DNA of 64,000 nucleotides, from positions 2,668,001-2,732,000 of the forward strand of contig OZ249436.1 of assembly GCA_965235115.1 (NCBI GenBank), in the 5' to 3' direction. This stretch comes from Laetmonice hystrix (taxonomy: Eukaryota). Of this stretch, positions 1 to 12,692 are shown piece by piece; positions within the stretch are counted from its first letter, which is position 1; every line of letters begins with the position of its first letter. A program made the position numbers and the translations under genes. The notes under the pieces were generated by a model. That model did no database searches. It was not told the origin of the DNA and saw only the letters and a program-made list of their open reading frames with translations.

Positions 1-3000
1 ACCTTTCATTAGGCCAGCCGGTAAGATTTAAGGATTTTCCACTCTACTGGTTGGCCTTCCCCACTGCTTGGCCCCACAGCATACTGTTTGGCCTCACTGT
101 AGGCCTACTCTTTGGCCTCACTGTAGTGTTCGCTTGGGTGCTAGGCCAGACGGTATACCTTGTAGCCATTCCTCCCTGTACTGTTTGGTCTTCCTCTACC
201 GTTCTCTTGTATACAAGAGTAGCCAGTAGTATAGGGACGCCTCATGTTTCATGTTTCCATGCCTTTATTGTCCAGGAGGAAGGCCATCCGTTTCGTCTAT
301 CATCTACTCCCATCTAATCTAGGTCCCCCACAGACCATCTGTAAGCGTCCGACAACGTTGTCAGGTCGTCCCAATGACTGTTTGCCGTAAAGCTTTAGTT
401 AACAATGGAAAATGACGTTGTACGCCTTTTCTATATCAGATATCCCATCCCCAAGTAACAAACAAACAAAGGAAGGTTACCGAGATTTTGCAGGCAAGAA
501 ACACCAGGGTGCAGCACAACTGCACTGAAGCGGGGGGGGGCACTCCGACTGCACTGCTACCTTCCGGCTAGCGGTGGAATCACCACGTACTGGCAGGCAC
601 CTGTGGCTCTGAGGCGAGAGACAGGTTAAGGCAATGATTAGCGAAAAATGGCTACATTTTTGATGCGTCAAATTGAAACTAAGCCTCCCAAAATTATGAT
701 TCTTAGGCCAGATGTACGAATGTCAAACGTATAGGTCTCGTAGGTTCGCTACAGCTATATGGTTGTGATGTGTACACTTCCCATTTGAGCATGTTCTCCA
801 GATTTTAACATTAGATGCTCCTCGCCTGTACCTTTCATTTCCACTACCTCACTGTAGTGTTTGCACCTTTCATTAGGCCAGTCGGTAAGATTTAAGGATT
901 TCTCACTCTACTGGTTGGCCTTCCCCACTGCTTGGCCCCACAGTGTACCGTTTGGCCTCACTGTAGGCCTACTCTTTGGCCTCACTGTAGTGTTCGCTTG
1001 GGTGCTAGGCCAGACAGTATACCTTGTAGCCATTCCTCCCTGTACTGTTTGGTCTTCCTCTACCGTTCTCTTGTATACAAGAGTAGCCAGTAGTATAGGG
1101 ACGCCTCATGTTTCATGTTTCCATGCCTTTATTGTCCAGGAGGAAGGCCATCCGTTTCGTCTATCATCTACTCCCATCTAATCTAGGTCCCCCACAGACC
1201 ATCTGTAAGCGTCCGACAACGTTGTCAGGTCGTCCCAATGACTGTTTGCCGTAAAGCTTTAGTTAACAATGGAAAATGACGTTGTACGCCTTTTCTATAT
1301 CAGATATCCCATCCCCAAGTAACAAACAAACAAAGGAAGGTTACCGAGATTTTGCAGGCAAGAAACACCAGGGTGCAGCACAACTGCACTGAAGCGGGGG
1401 GGGGGCACTCCGACTGCACTGCTACCTTCCGGCTAGCGGTGGAATCACCACGTACTGGCAGGCACCTGTGGCTCTGAGGCGAGAGACAGGTTAAGGCAAT
1501 GATTAGCGAAAAATGGCTACATTTTTGATGCGTCAAATTGAAACTAAGCCTCCCAAAATTATGATTCTTAGGCCAGATGTACGAATGTCAAACGTATAGG
1601 TCTCGTAGGTTCGCTACAGCTATATGGTTGTGATGTGTACACTTCCCATTTGAGCATGTTCTCCAGATTTTAACATTAGATGCTCCTCGCCTGTACCTTT
1701 CATTTCCACTACCTCACTGTAGTGTTTGCACCTTTCATTAGGCCAGCCGGTAAGATTTAAGGATTTTCCACTCTACTGGTTGGCCTTCCCCACTGCTTGG
1801 CCCCACAGCATACTGTTTGGCCTCACTGTAGGCCTACTCTTTGGCCTCACTGTAGTGTTCGCTTGGGTGCTAGGCCAGACGGTATACCTTGTAGCCATTC
1901 CTCCCTGTACTGTTTGGTCTTCCTCTACCGTTCTCTTGTATACAAGAGTAGCCAGTAGTATAGGGACGCCTCATGTTTCATGTTTCCATGCCTTTATTGT
2001 CCAGGAGGAAGGCCATCCGTTTCGTCTATCATCTACTCCCATCTAATCTAGGTCCCCCACAGACCATCTGTAAGCGTCCGACAACGTTGTCAGGTCGTCC
2101 CAATGACTGTTTGCCGTAAAGCTTTAGTTAACAATGGAAAATGACGTTGTACGCCTTTTCTATATCAGATATCCCATCCCCAAGTAACAAACAAACAAAG
2201 GAAGGTTACCGAGATTTTGCAGGCAAGAAACACCAGGGTGCAGCACAACTGCACTGAAGCGGGGGGGGGCACTCCGACTGCACTGCTACCTTCCGGCTAG
2301 CGGTGGAATCACCACGTACTGGCAGGCACCTGTGGCTCTGAGGCGAGAGACAGGTTAAGGCAATGATTAGCGAAAAATGGCTACATTTTTGATGCGTCAA
2401 ATTGAAACTAAGCCTCCCAAAATTATGATTCTTAGGCCAGATGTACGAATGTCAAACGTATAGGTCTCGTAGGTTCGCTACAGCTATATGGTTGTGATGT
2501 GTACACTTCCCATTTGAGCATGTTCTCCAGATTTTAACATTAGATGCTCCTCGCCTGTACCTTTCATTTCCACTACCTCACTGTAGTGTTTGCACCTTTC
2601 ATTAGGCCAGTCGGTAAGATTTAACGATTTTCCACTCTACTGGTTGGCCTTCCCCACTGCTTGGCCCCACAGCATACTGTTTGGCCTCACTGTAGGCCTA
2701 CTCTTTGGCCTCACTGTAGTGTTCGCTTGGGTGCTAGGCCAGACAGTATACCTTGTAGCCATTCCTCCCTGTACTGTTTGGTCTTCCTCTACCGTTTGCT
2801 TGTATACAAGAGTAGCCAGTAGTATAGGGACGCCTCATGTTTCATGTTTCCATGCCTTTATTGTCCAGGAGGAAGGCCATCCGTTTCGTCTATCAATTAC
2901 TCCCATCTAATCTATGTCCCCTACAGACCATCTGTAAGCGTCCGACAATGTTGTCAGGTCGTCCCAATGACTGTTTGCCGTAAGGCTTTAGTTAACAATG

Positions 3001-6000
3001 GAAAATGACGTTGTACGCCTTTTCTATATCAGATATCCCATCCCCAAGTAACAAACAAACAAAGGAAGGTTACCGAGATTTTGCAGGCAAGAAACACCAG
3101 GGTGCAGCACAACTGCACTGAAGCGGGGGGGGGCACTCCGACTGCACTGCTACCTTCCGGCTAGCGGTGGAATCACCACGTACTGGCAGGCACCTGTGGC
3201 TCTGAGGCGAGAGACAGGTTAGGGCAATGATAAGCGAAAAATGGCTACATTTTTGATGCGTCAAATTGAAACTAAGCCTCCCAAAATTATGATTCTTAGG
3301 CCAGATGTACGACTGTCAAACGTATAGCTCTCGTACGTTCGCTACAGATATATGGTTGTGATGTGTACACTTCCCATTTGAGCATGTTCTCCAGATTTTG
3401 ACATTAGATGCTCCTCGCCTGTACCTTTCATTTCCACTACCTCACTGTAGTGTTTGCACCTTTCATTAGGCCAGCCGGTAAGATTTAAGGATTTTCCACT
3501 CTACTGGTTGGCCTTCCCCACTGCTTGGCCCCACAGCATACTGTTTGGCCTCACTGTAGGCCTACTCTTTGGCCTCACTGTAGTGTTCGCTTGGGTGCTA
3601 GGCCAGACGGTATACCTTGTAGCCATTCCTCCCTGTACTGTTTGGTCTTCCTCTACCGTTCTCTTGTATACAAGAGTAGCCAGTAGTATAGGGACGCCTC
3701 ATGTTTCATGTTTCCATGCCTTTATTGTCCAGGAGGAAGGCCATCCGTTTCGTCTATCATCTACTCCCATCTAATCTAGGTCCCCCACAGACCATCTGTA
3801 AGCGTCCGACAACGTTGTCAGGTCGTCCCAATGACTGTTTGCCGTAAAGCTTTAGTTAACAATGGAAAATGACGTTGTACGCCTTTTCTATATCAGATAT
3901 CCCATCCCCAAGTAACAAACAAACAAAGGAAGGTTACCGAGATTTTGCAGGCAAGAAACACCAGGGTGCAGCACAACTGCACTGAAGCGGGGGGGGGGCA
4001 CTCCGACTGCACTGCTACCTTCCGGCTAGCGGTGGAATCACCACGTACTGGCAGGCACCTGTGGCTCTGAGGCGAGAGACAGGTTAAGGCAATGATTAGC
4101 GAAAAATGGCTACATTTTTGATGCGTCAAATTGAAACTAAGCCTCCCAAAATTATGATTCTTAGGCCAGATGTACGAATGTCAAACGTATAGGTCTCGTA
4201 GGTTCGCTACAGCTATATGGTTGTGATGTGTACACTTCCCATTTGAGCATGTTCTCCAGATTTTAACATTAGATGCTCCTCGCCTGTACCTTTCATTTCC
4301 ACTACCTCACTGTAGTGTTTGCACCTTTCATTAGGCCAGTCGGTAAGATTTAACGATTTTCCACTCTACTGGTTGGCCTTCCCCACTGCTTGGCCCCACA
4401 GCATACTGTTTGGCCTCACTGTAGGCCTACTCTTTGGCCTCACTGTAGTGTTCGCTTGGGTGCTAGGCCAGACAGTATACCTTGTAGCCATTCCTCCCTG
4501 TACTGTTTGGTCTTCCTCTACCGTTTGCTTGTATACAAGAGTAGCCAGTAGTATAGGGACGCCTCATGTTTCATGTTTCCATGCCTTTATTGTCCAGGAG
4601 GAAGGCCATCCGTTTCGTCTATCAATTACTCCCATCTAATCTATGTCCCCTACAGACCATCTGTAAGCGTCCGACAATGTTGTCAGGTCGTCCCAATGAC
4701 TGTTTGCCGTAAGGCTTTAGTTAACAATGGAAAATGACGTTGTACGCCTTTTCTATATCAGATATCCCATCCCCAAGTAACAAACAAACAAAGGAAGGTT
4801 ACCGAGATTTTGCAGGCAAGAAACACCAGGGTGCAGCACAACTGCACTGAAGCGGGGGGGGGGGCACTCCGACTGCACTGCTACCTTCCGGCTAGCGGTG
4901 GAATCACCACGTACTGGCAGGCACCTGTGGCTCTGAGGCGAGAGACAGGTTAGGGCAATGATAAGCGAAAAATGGCTACATTTTTGATGCGTCAAATTGA
5001 AACTAAGCCTCCCAAAATTATGATTCTTAGGCCAGATGTACGACTGTCAAACGTATAGGTCTCGTACGTTCGCTACAGATATATCGTTGTGATGTGTACA
5101 CTTCGCATTTGGGTATCTTCTCCAGATTTTAACATTAGATGCTCCTCGCCTGTACCTTTCATTTCCTCTACCTCACTGTAGTGTTTGCATGGGTACTAGG
5201 CCAGCCGGTAAGATTTAAGGATTTTCCACTCTACTGGTTGGCCTTCCCCAATGCTTGGCCCCACAGCATACTGTTTGGCCTCACTGTAGGCCTACTCTTT
5301 GGCCTCACTGTAGTGTTCGCTTGGGTGCTAGGCCAGACAGTATACCTTGTAGCCATTCCTCCCTGTACTGTTTGGTCTTCCTCTACCGTTTGCTTGTATA
5401 CAAGATTAGCCAGTAGTATAGGGACGCCTCATGTTTCATGTTTCCATGCCTTTATTGTCCAGGAGGAAGGCCATCCGTTTCGTCTATCAATTACTCCCAT
5501 CTAATCTATGTCCCCTGCAGACCATCTGTAAGCGTCCGACAACGTTGTCAGGTCGTCCCAATGACTGTTTGCCGGAAAGCTTTAGTTAACAATGGAAAAT
5601 GACGTTGTACGCCTTTTCTATATCAGAAATCCCATCCCCCAAGTAACAAACAAACAAAGGAAGGTTACCGAGATTTTGCAGGCAAGAAACACCAGGGTGC
5701 AGCACAACTGCACTGAAGCGGAGGGGGGGGGGTCCCCGACTGCACTGCTACCTTGCGGCTAGCGGTGGAATCACCACGTACTGGCAGGCACCTGTGGCTC
5801 TGAGGCGAGAGACAGGTTAAGGCAATGATAAGCGAAAAATGGCTACATTTTTGATGCGTCAAATTGAAACTAAGCGTCCCAAAATTATGATTCTTAGGCC
5901 AGATGTACGACTGTCAAACGTATAGGTCTCGTACGTTCGCTACAGAGATATGGTTGTGATGTGTACACTTCCCATTTGAGTATCTTCTCCAGATTTTAAC

Positions 6001-9000
6001 ATTAGATGCTCCTCGCCTGTACCTTTCATTTCCACTACCTCACTGTAGTGTTTGCACCTTTCATTAGGCCAGTCGGTAAGATTTAAGGATTTTCCACTCT
6101 ACTGGTTGGCCTTCCCCACTGCTTGGCCCCACAGCATACTGTTTGGCCTCACTGTAGGCCTACTCTTTGGCCTCACTGTAGTGTTCGCTTGGGTGCTAGG
6201 CCAGACGGTATACCTTGTAGCCATTCCTCCCTGTACTGTTTGGTCTTCCTCTACCGTTTGCTTGTATACAAGGGTAGCCAGTAGTATAGGGACGCCTCAT
6301 GTTTCATGTTTCCATGCCTTTATTGTCCAGGACGAAGGCCATCCGTTTCGTCTATCATCTACTCCCATCTAATCTATGTCCCCCACATACCATCTGTAAG
6401 CGTCCGACAACGTTGTCAGGTCGTCCTAATAACTGTTTGCCGTAAAGCTTTAGTTAACAATGGAAAATGACGTTGTACGCCTTTTCTATATCAGATATCC
6501 CATCCCCAAGTAACAAACAAACAAAGGAAGGTTACCGAGATTTTGCAGGCAAGAAACACCAGGGTGCAGCACAACTGCACCGAAGCGGGGGGGGGGTCTC
6601 CGACTGCACTGCTACCTTGCGGCTAGCGGTGGAATCACCACGTACTGGCAGGCACCTGTGGCTCTGAGGCGAGAGACAGGTTAAGGCAATGATAAGCGAA
6701 AAATGGCTACATTTTTGATGCGTCAAATTGAAACTAAGCCTCCCAAAATTATTATTCTTAGGCCAGATGTACGACTGTCAAACATATAGGTCTCGTACGT
6801 TCGCTACAGCTATATGGTTCTGATGTGTACACTTCCCATTTGAGCATGTTCTCCAGATTTTAACATTAGATGCTCCTCGCCTGTACCTTTCATTTCCACT
6901 ACCTCACTGTAGTGTTTGCACCTTTCATTAGGCCAGTCGGTAAGTTTTAAGGATTTCTCACTCTACTGGTTGGCCTTCCCCACTGCTTGGCCCCACAGTG
7001 TACTGTTTGGCCTCACTGTAGGCCTACTCTTAGGCCTTACTGTAGTGTTTGCCGTAAAGCTTTAGTTAACAATGGAAAATGACGTTGTACGCCTTTTCTA
7101 TATCAGATATCCCATCCCCATGTAACAAACAAACAAAGGAAGGTTACCGAGATTTTGCAGGCAAGAAACACCAGGGTGCAGCACAACTGCACTGAAGGGG
7201 GGGGGGTCTCCGACTGCACTGCTACCTTCCGGCTAGCGGTGGAATCACCACGTACTGGCAGGCACCTGTGGCTCTGAGGCGAGAGACAGGTTAAGGCAAT
7301 GATAAGCGAAAAATGGCTACATTTTTGATGCGTCAAATTGAAACTAAGCGTCCCAAAATTATGATTCTTAGGCCAGATGTACGACTGTCAAACATATAGG
7401 TTTCGTACGTTCGCTACAGCTATATGGTTCTGATGTGTACACTTCCCATTTGAGCATGTTCTCCAGATTTTAACATTAGATGCTCCTCGCCTGTACCTTT
7501 CATTTCCACTACCTCACTGTAGTGTTTGCACCTTTCATTAGGCCAGTCGGTAAGTTTTAAGGATTTCTCACTCTACTGGTTGGCCTTCCCCACTGCTTGG
7601 CCCCACAGTGTACTGTTTGGCCTCACTGTAGGCCTACTCTTAGGCCTTACTGTAGTGTTTGCCGTAAAGCTTTAGTTAACAATGGAAAATGACGTTGTAC
7701 GCCTTTTCTATATCAGATATCCCATCCCCATGTAACAAACAAACAAAGGAAGGTTACCGAGATTTTGCAGGCAAGAAACACCAGGGTGCAGCACAACTGC
7801 ACTGAAGGGGGGAGGGGTCTCCGACTGCACTGCTACCTTCCGGCTAGCGGTGGAATCACCACGTACTGGCAGGCACCTGTGGCTCTGAGGCGAGAGACAG
7901 GTTAAGGCAATGATAAGCGAAAAATGGCTACATTTTTGATGCGTCAAATTGAAACTAAGCCTCCCAAAATTATTATTCTTAGGCCAGATGTACGACTGTC
8001 AAACGTATAGGTCTCGTACGTTCGCTACAGATATATCGTTGTGATGTGTACACTTCGCATTTGGGTATCTTCTCCAGATTTTAACATTAGATGCTCCTCG
8101 CCTGTACCTTTCATTTCCTCTACCTCACTGTAGTGTTTGCATGGGTACTAGGCCAGCCGGTAAGATTTAAGGATTTTCCACTCTACTGGTTGGCCTTCCC
8201 CAATGCTTGGCCCCACAGCATACTGTTTGGCCTCACTGTAGGCCTACTCTTTGGCCTCACTGTAGTGTTCGCTTGGGTGCTAGGCCAGACAGTATACCTT
8301 GTAGCCATTCCTCCCTGTACTGTTTGGTCTTCCTCTACCGTTTGCTTGTATACAGGAGTAGCCAGTAGTATAGGGACGCCTCATGTTTCATGTTTCCATG
8401 CCTTTATTGTCCAGGAGGAAGGCCATCCGTTTCGTCTATCAATTACTCCCATCTAATCTATGTCCCCTACAGACCATCTGTAAGCGTCCGACAATGTTGT
8501 CAGGTCGTCCCAATGACTGTTTCCCGTAAGGCTTTAGTTAACAATGGAAAATGACGTTGTACGCCTTTTCTATATCAGATATCCCATCCCCAAGTAACAA
8601 ACAAACAAAGGAAGGTTACCGAGATTTTGCAGGCAAGAAACACCAGGGTGCAGCACAACTGCACTGAAGGGGGGGGGGGTCTCCGACTGCACTGCTACCT
8701 TCCGGCTAGCGGTGGAATCACCACGTACTGGCAGGCACCTGTGGCTCTGAGGCGAGAGACAGGTTAAGGCAATGATAAGCGAAAAATGGCTACATTTTTG
8801 ATGCGTCAAATTGAAACTAAGCGTCCCAAAATTATGATTCTTAGGCCAGATGTACGACTGTCAAACATATAGGTTTCGTACGTTCGCTACAGCTATATGG
8901 TTCTGATGTGTACACTTCCCATTTGAGCATGTTCTCCAGATTTTAACATTAGATGCTCCTCGCCTGTACCTTTCATTTCCACTACCTCACTGTAGTGTTT

Positions 9001-10047
9001 GCACCTTTCATTAGGCCAGTCGGTAAGTTTTAAGGATTTCTCACTCTACTGGTTGGCCTTCCCCACTGCTTGGCCCCACAGTGTACTGTTTGGCCTCACT
9101 GTAGGCCTACTCTTAGGCCTTACTGTAGTGTTTGCCGTAAAGCTTTAGTTAACAATGGAAAATGACGTTGTACGCCTTTTCTATATCAGATATCCCATCC
9201 CCAAGTAACAAACAAACAAAGGAAGGTTACCGAGATTTTGCAGGCAAGAAACACCAGGGTGCAGCACAACTGCACTGAAGCGGAGGGGCGGGGGTCCCCG
9301 ACTGCACTGCTACCTTGCGGCTAGCGGTGGAATCACCACGTACTGGCAGGCACCTGTGGCTCTGAGGCGAGAGACAGGTTAAGGCAATGATAAGCGAAAA
9401 ATGGCTACATTTTTGATGCGTCAAATTGAAACTAAGCCTCCCAAAATTATGATTCTTAGGCCAGATGTACGACTGTTAAACGTATAGGTCTCGTACGTTC
9501 ACTACAGATATATCGTTGTGATGTGTACACTTCCCATTTGAGTATCTTCTCCAGATTTTAACATTAGATGCTCCTCGCCTGTACCTTTCATTTCCACTAC
9601 CTCACTGTAGTGTTTGCATGGCTACTATAGGCCAGCCGGTAAGATGTAGGGGGCTTCTCACTCTACTGGTTGGCCTCTCACACTGATTGGCCCCAAAGTG
9701 TACCGTTTGGCCTCACTGTACTCTGTTGGCCTCACTGTAGTGTTCGCTTGGGTGGTAGGCCAGCCAGTATACCTTGTAGCAATTTCTCCCTGTACTGTTT
9801 GGCCTCCCTGTACCGTTTTCTTGTATAGAAGAGTAGCCAGTAGTACCGGGTATAGGGACGCCTCATCTTTCATGTTTCCATGCCTTTACTGTCCAGGAGG
9901 CATCATCTTCTCCCATCTGATCTGTGTGCACTACAGACCATCTGTAAGCGTCCGACAAAGTTGTCAGGTCGTCCCAATGACTGTTTGCCGTCAAGGTTTA
10001 GTTAACAATGGCAAATGACGTTGTACGCCTTCTCTATATCAGATATT
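1..10047. repeat. Tandem satellite, ~864-bp unit plus ~610-bp deletion variants, about 13 units, open at the window start
   Basis: Unit starts at 1, 865, 1730, 2594, 3458, 4323, ~5188, 6056; short units at 6920, 7530, 9003; diverged terminal unit ~9618-10047. Variable poly-G tract in each unit. Confidence 0.97.
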
Positions 10048-10920
10048 CCTGTTATTACAGAAATGGGGATAAGAATGATTTAAATATATGTATAGGTCAG
10101 ACACTTACAGCTTTCATATTAAATATACTAAGGGTAAATACCTCGAGAACATATATCTCGGGGAAGGACATCAGATAAATATAGCAAGGAATTAAAACGT
10201 GGCACAGTGGTTCACCCACCAGATTGATCCACTCGGCGTATGTGTAGGCCTACTCAAGAAACAGTGACGTCATCACTGAATTGAGCTCTCTGTTTTGAAA
10301 ACATGCGTACATAAATATATTTGCCCCCATCCTGAAAAGAACATGCCCCCCTCCCATTCCTACACCCCGTTACTCGTGCAACTCATGGTTAAGGGATTTC
10401 TAGTCGCCTTGGGAGAGGGGGGGGGGTTAAGTCCTTCACCGACAGACAAATAAACGTGTTCAGATTAGACGTTTTCATGTCTTATCAGAATTGCGTGACA
10501 TATAGAACAAATACGTGTAGGTCGTGTCAGTAATTTTACATGGGAAGTCCTCCACATGAGACGATAAGCAAGTCGAGGGGCCGTTAGTTTATCGGCGACA
10601 AACCATGAAAGTGACCTTTTAAGTCAACAACGTCCTCATGGCTGCATTTTCCAAACACAATAGAAAGAAATAGGCGGCCTTATGACAGATGTCGTTTTTC
10701 AGAAATAATCGACGCTGAAAAACGTGGCTGGTGGAGTGGAGGTGATGGAGGGAGGGCGGACCGTGTGCGGGGTCCTCGAAGGTAGATCCCGCCGTGGTCA
10801 AATCCCCACGAAACTCGGCGGTAAAAACTTCTAACCTCTACCGATGTCTCTCGTCTCAAACGTATCTCCAGATGAGAGTCTAGCATCGTCCAAAACCTAA
10901 CTTATAGCTTCTAGCCTAAC

Positions 10921-11367
10921 CAGGGTTGCCACAGGTCAGGGATAAGTCAGGAAAAAATAATTCAAGGTCAGGGAATTTTAGAAGTGGTCAGGGAATTTGA
11001 GTAAAATATACTTGGTCAGGGAAACGTCAGGGAATTTAGGAAAATCTCATTATAAGGTTAGCCGATCAAGATGACACATACTCTAGTGCGCTATTGTTAA
11101 CTGCGTGCTAAAAATTAAACTAATATTGAAGGGTTACTTCATCTCTCGGTGTTAATTATTATTATTTAAAATAATGTTCACACTTTTCTTATAAGGTGGA
11201 GACTATTACCAAGTAGCATCTGTTGATGCCAAAAACTCGCCTTTAGAGGAGAACTCAAAGGAAGGTGTAAAACGGCACTGAGGGTGTTAGGAAGCCTTTC
11301 AATTAATGTTCGGTCAGGGAAAAAAATAAACAAGTCAGGGAATTTCCAGTAGCTTGGTGTAACCCTG
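10921..11367. mobile_element. Non-autonomous TIR element (hAT-like) with 5-bp TSD
   Basis: Ends CAGGGTT / AACCCTG, flanked by CTAAC on both sides; internal GTCAGGGAA subrepeats. Confidence 0.7.
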
Positions 11368-11376
11368 CTAACTCTG

Positions 11377-11518
11377 CAGGGGCCGGGCGGATTCAGGATT
11401 TTGGAAAGGGGGCGGTGGGTTTGAGTGGTGAACCAGCAGCGTGATCACCGCGGGTGCGCTTTTTTCATCTATTTTTTTCAATGAAAGGGGATCCCAACGC
11501 CCCCTGGATCCGCCCCTG
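11377..11518. mobile_element. Short MITE with 5-bp TSD
   Basis: CAGGGG...GGCGGATTCAGG and CCTGGATCCGCCCCTG ends, flanked by CTCTG on both sides. Confidence 0.65.
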
Positions 11519-11796
11519 CTCTGCTATCAGCTCCTATATCGTAAACTTCGTGGAATTGTTAGCGCGGGGAATGCCGGGATCGAGGGGCGCTGTGTTCTCG
11601 TCACGACTCCTCCAACAAACGTGATCACGGACGGCTCCGACAGCTGCAACAGTTCCCATAGCTACATATATTTATATGTCTCTACTCGACTCCCAACTAT
11701 GCAGTCTCACAGGTGAGCCCATCTACCCTTGTCCTATACTCGTGCCTGTTTCATAGGCATACATCTGTTTATTTAGTGGACTGGATTGTATAGCCC

Positions 11797-12657
11797 TAAC
11801 AACGGTAAGGCATCATTGGTTAACAACGGTAAGGCATCATTGGTTAACAACGATATAAGGCATCATTGGTTAATAACGGTATAAGGCATCATTGGTTAAC
11901 AACGGTAGGGCATCATTGGTTAACAACGGTAGAAGGCATCATTGGTTAACAACGGTAAGGTATCATTGGTTAACAACGATATAAGGCATCATTGGTTAAC
12001 AACGGTAAGGTATCATTGGTTAACAACGATATAAGGCATCATTGGTTAACAACGATATAAGGCATCATTGGTTAACGACGGTATAAGGCATCATTGGTTA
12101 ACAACGGTAAGGCATCATTGGTTAACAACGGTAGGGCATCATTGGTTAACAACGGTATAAGGCATCATTGGTTAACAAGGATATAAGGCATCATTGGTTA
12201 ACAACGGTATAAGGCATCATTGGTTAACAACGGTATAAGGCATCATTGGTTAACAACGGTATAAGGCATCATTGGTTAACAACGGTAGGGCATCATTGGT
12301 TAACAACGATATAAGGCATCATTGGTTAACAACGGTATAAGGCATCATTTGTTAACAACGGTAAGGTATCATTGGTTAACAACGGTAAGTCATCATTGGT
12401 TAACAACGGTAGGGCATCATTGGTTAACAACGATATAAGGCATCATTGGTTAACAACGGTATAAGGCATCATTGGTTAACAACGGTAAGGTATCATTGGT
12501 TAACAACGATATAAGGCATCATTAGTTAACGACGGTATAAGGCATCATTGGTTAACAACGGTATAAGGCATCATTTGTTAACAACGGTATAAGGCATCAT
12601 TGGTTAACAACGGTAAGGCATCATTGGTTAACAACGGTATAAGGCATCATTGGTTAA
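11797..12657. repeat. 24-26-bp minisatellite filling the putative 5'UTR intron of chitinase 1
   Basis: (AACAACGGT[AT]AAGGCATCATTGGTT)n, ~34 units; ends just before acceptor TTTTGTCTTGTAG at 12672. Confidence 0.95.
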
Positions 12658-12692
12658 TGTTTTGTCTTGTAGACGCTGCTTCAACAAACACG

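Noticed and set aside
51..10018. Repeated 64-121 aa ORFs in the satellite, and an exon-like AG...GT segment on the minus strand
   Set aside because: No recognisable domain; poly-G length variation and deletions shift frames between units.
10600..10900. GC-rich segment with short minus-strand ORFs
   Set aside because: Might be a promoter or non-coding exon, but no supportable gene structure.
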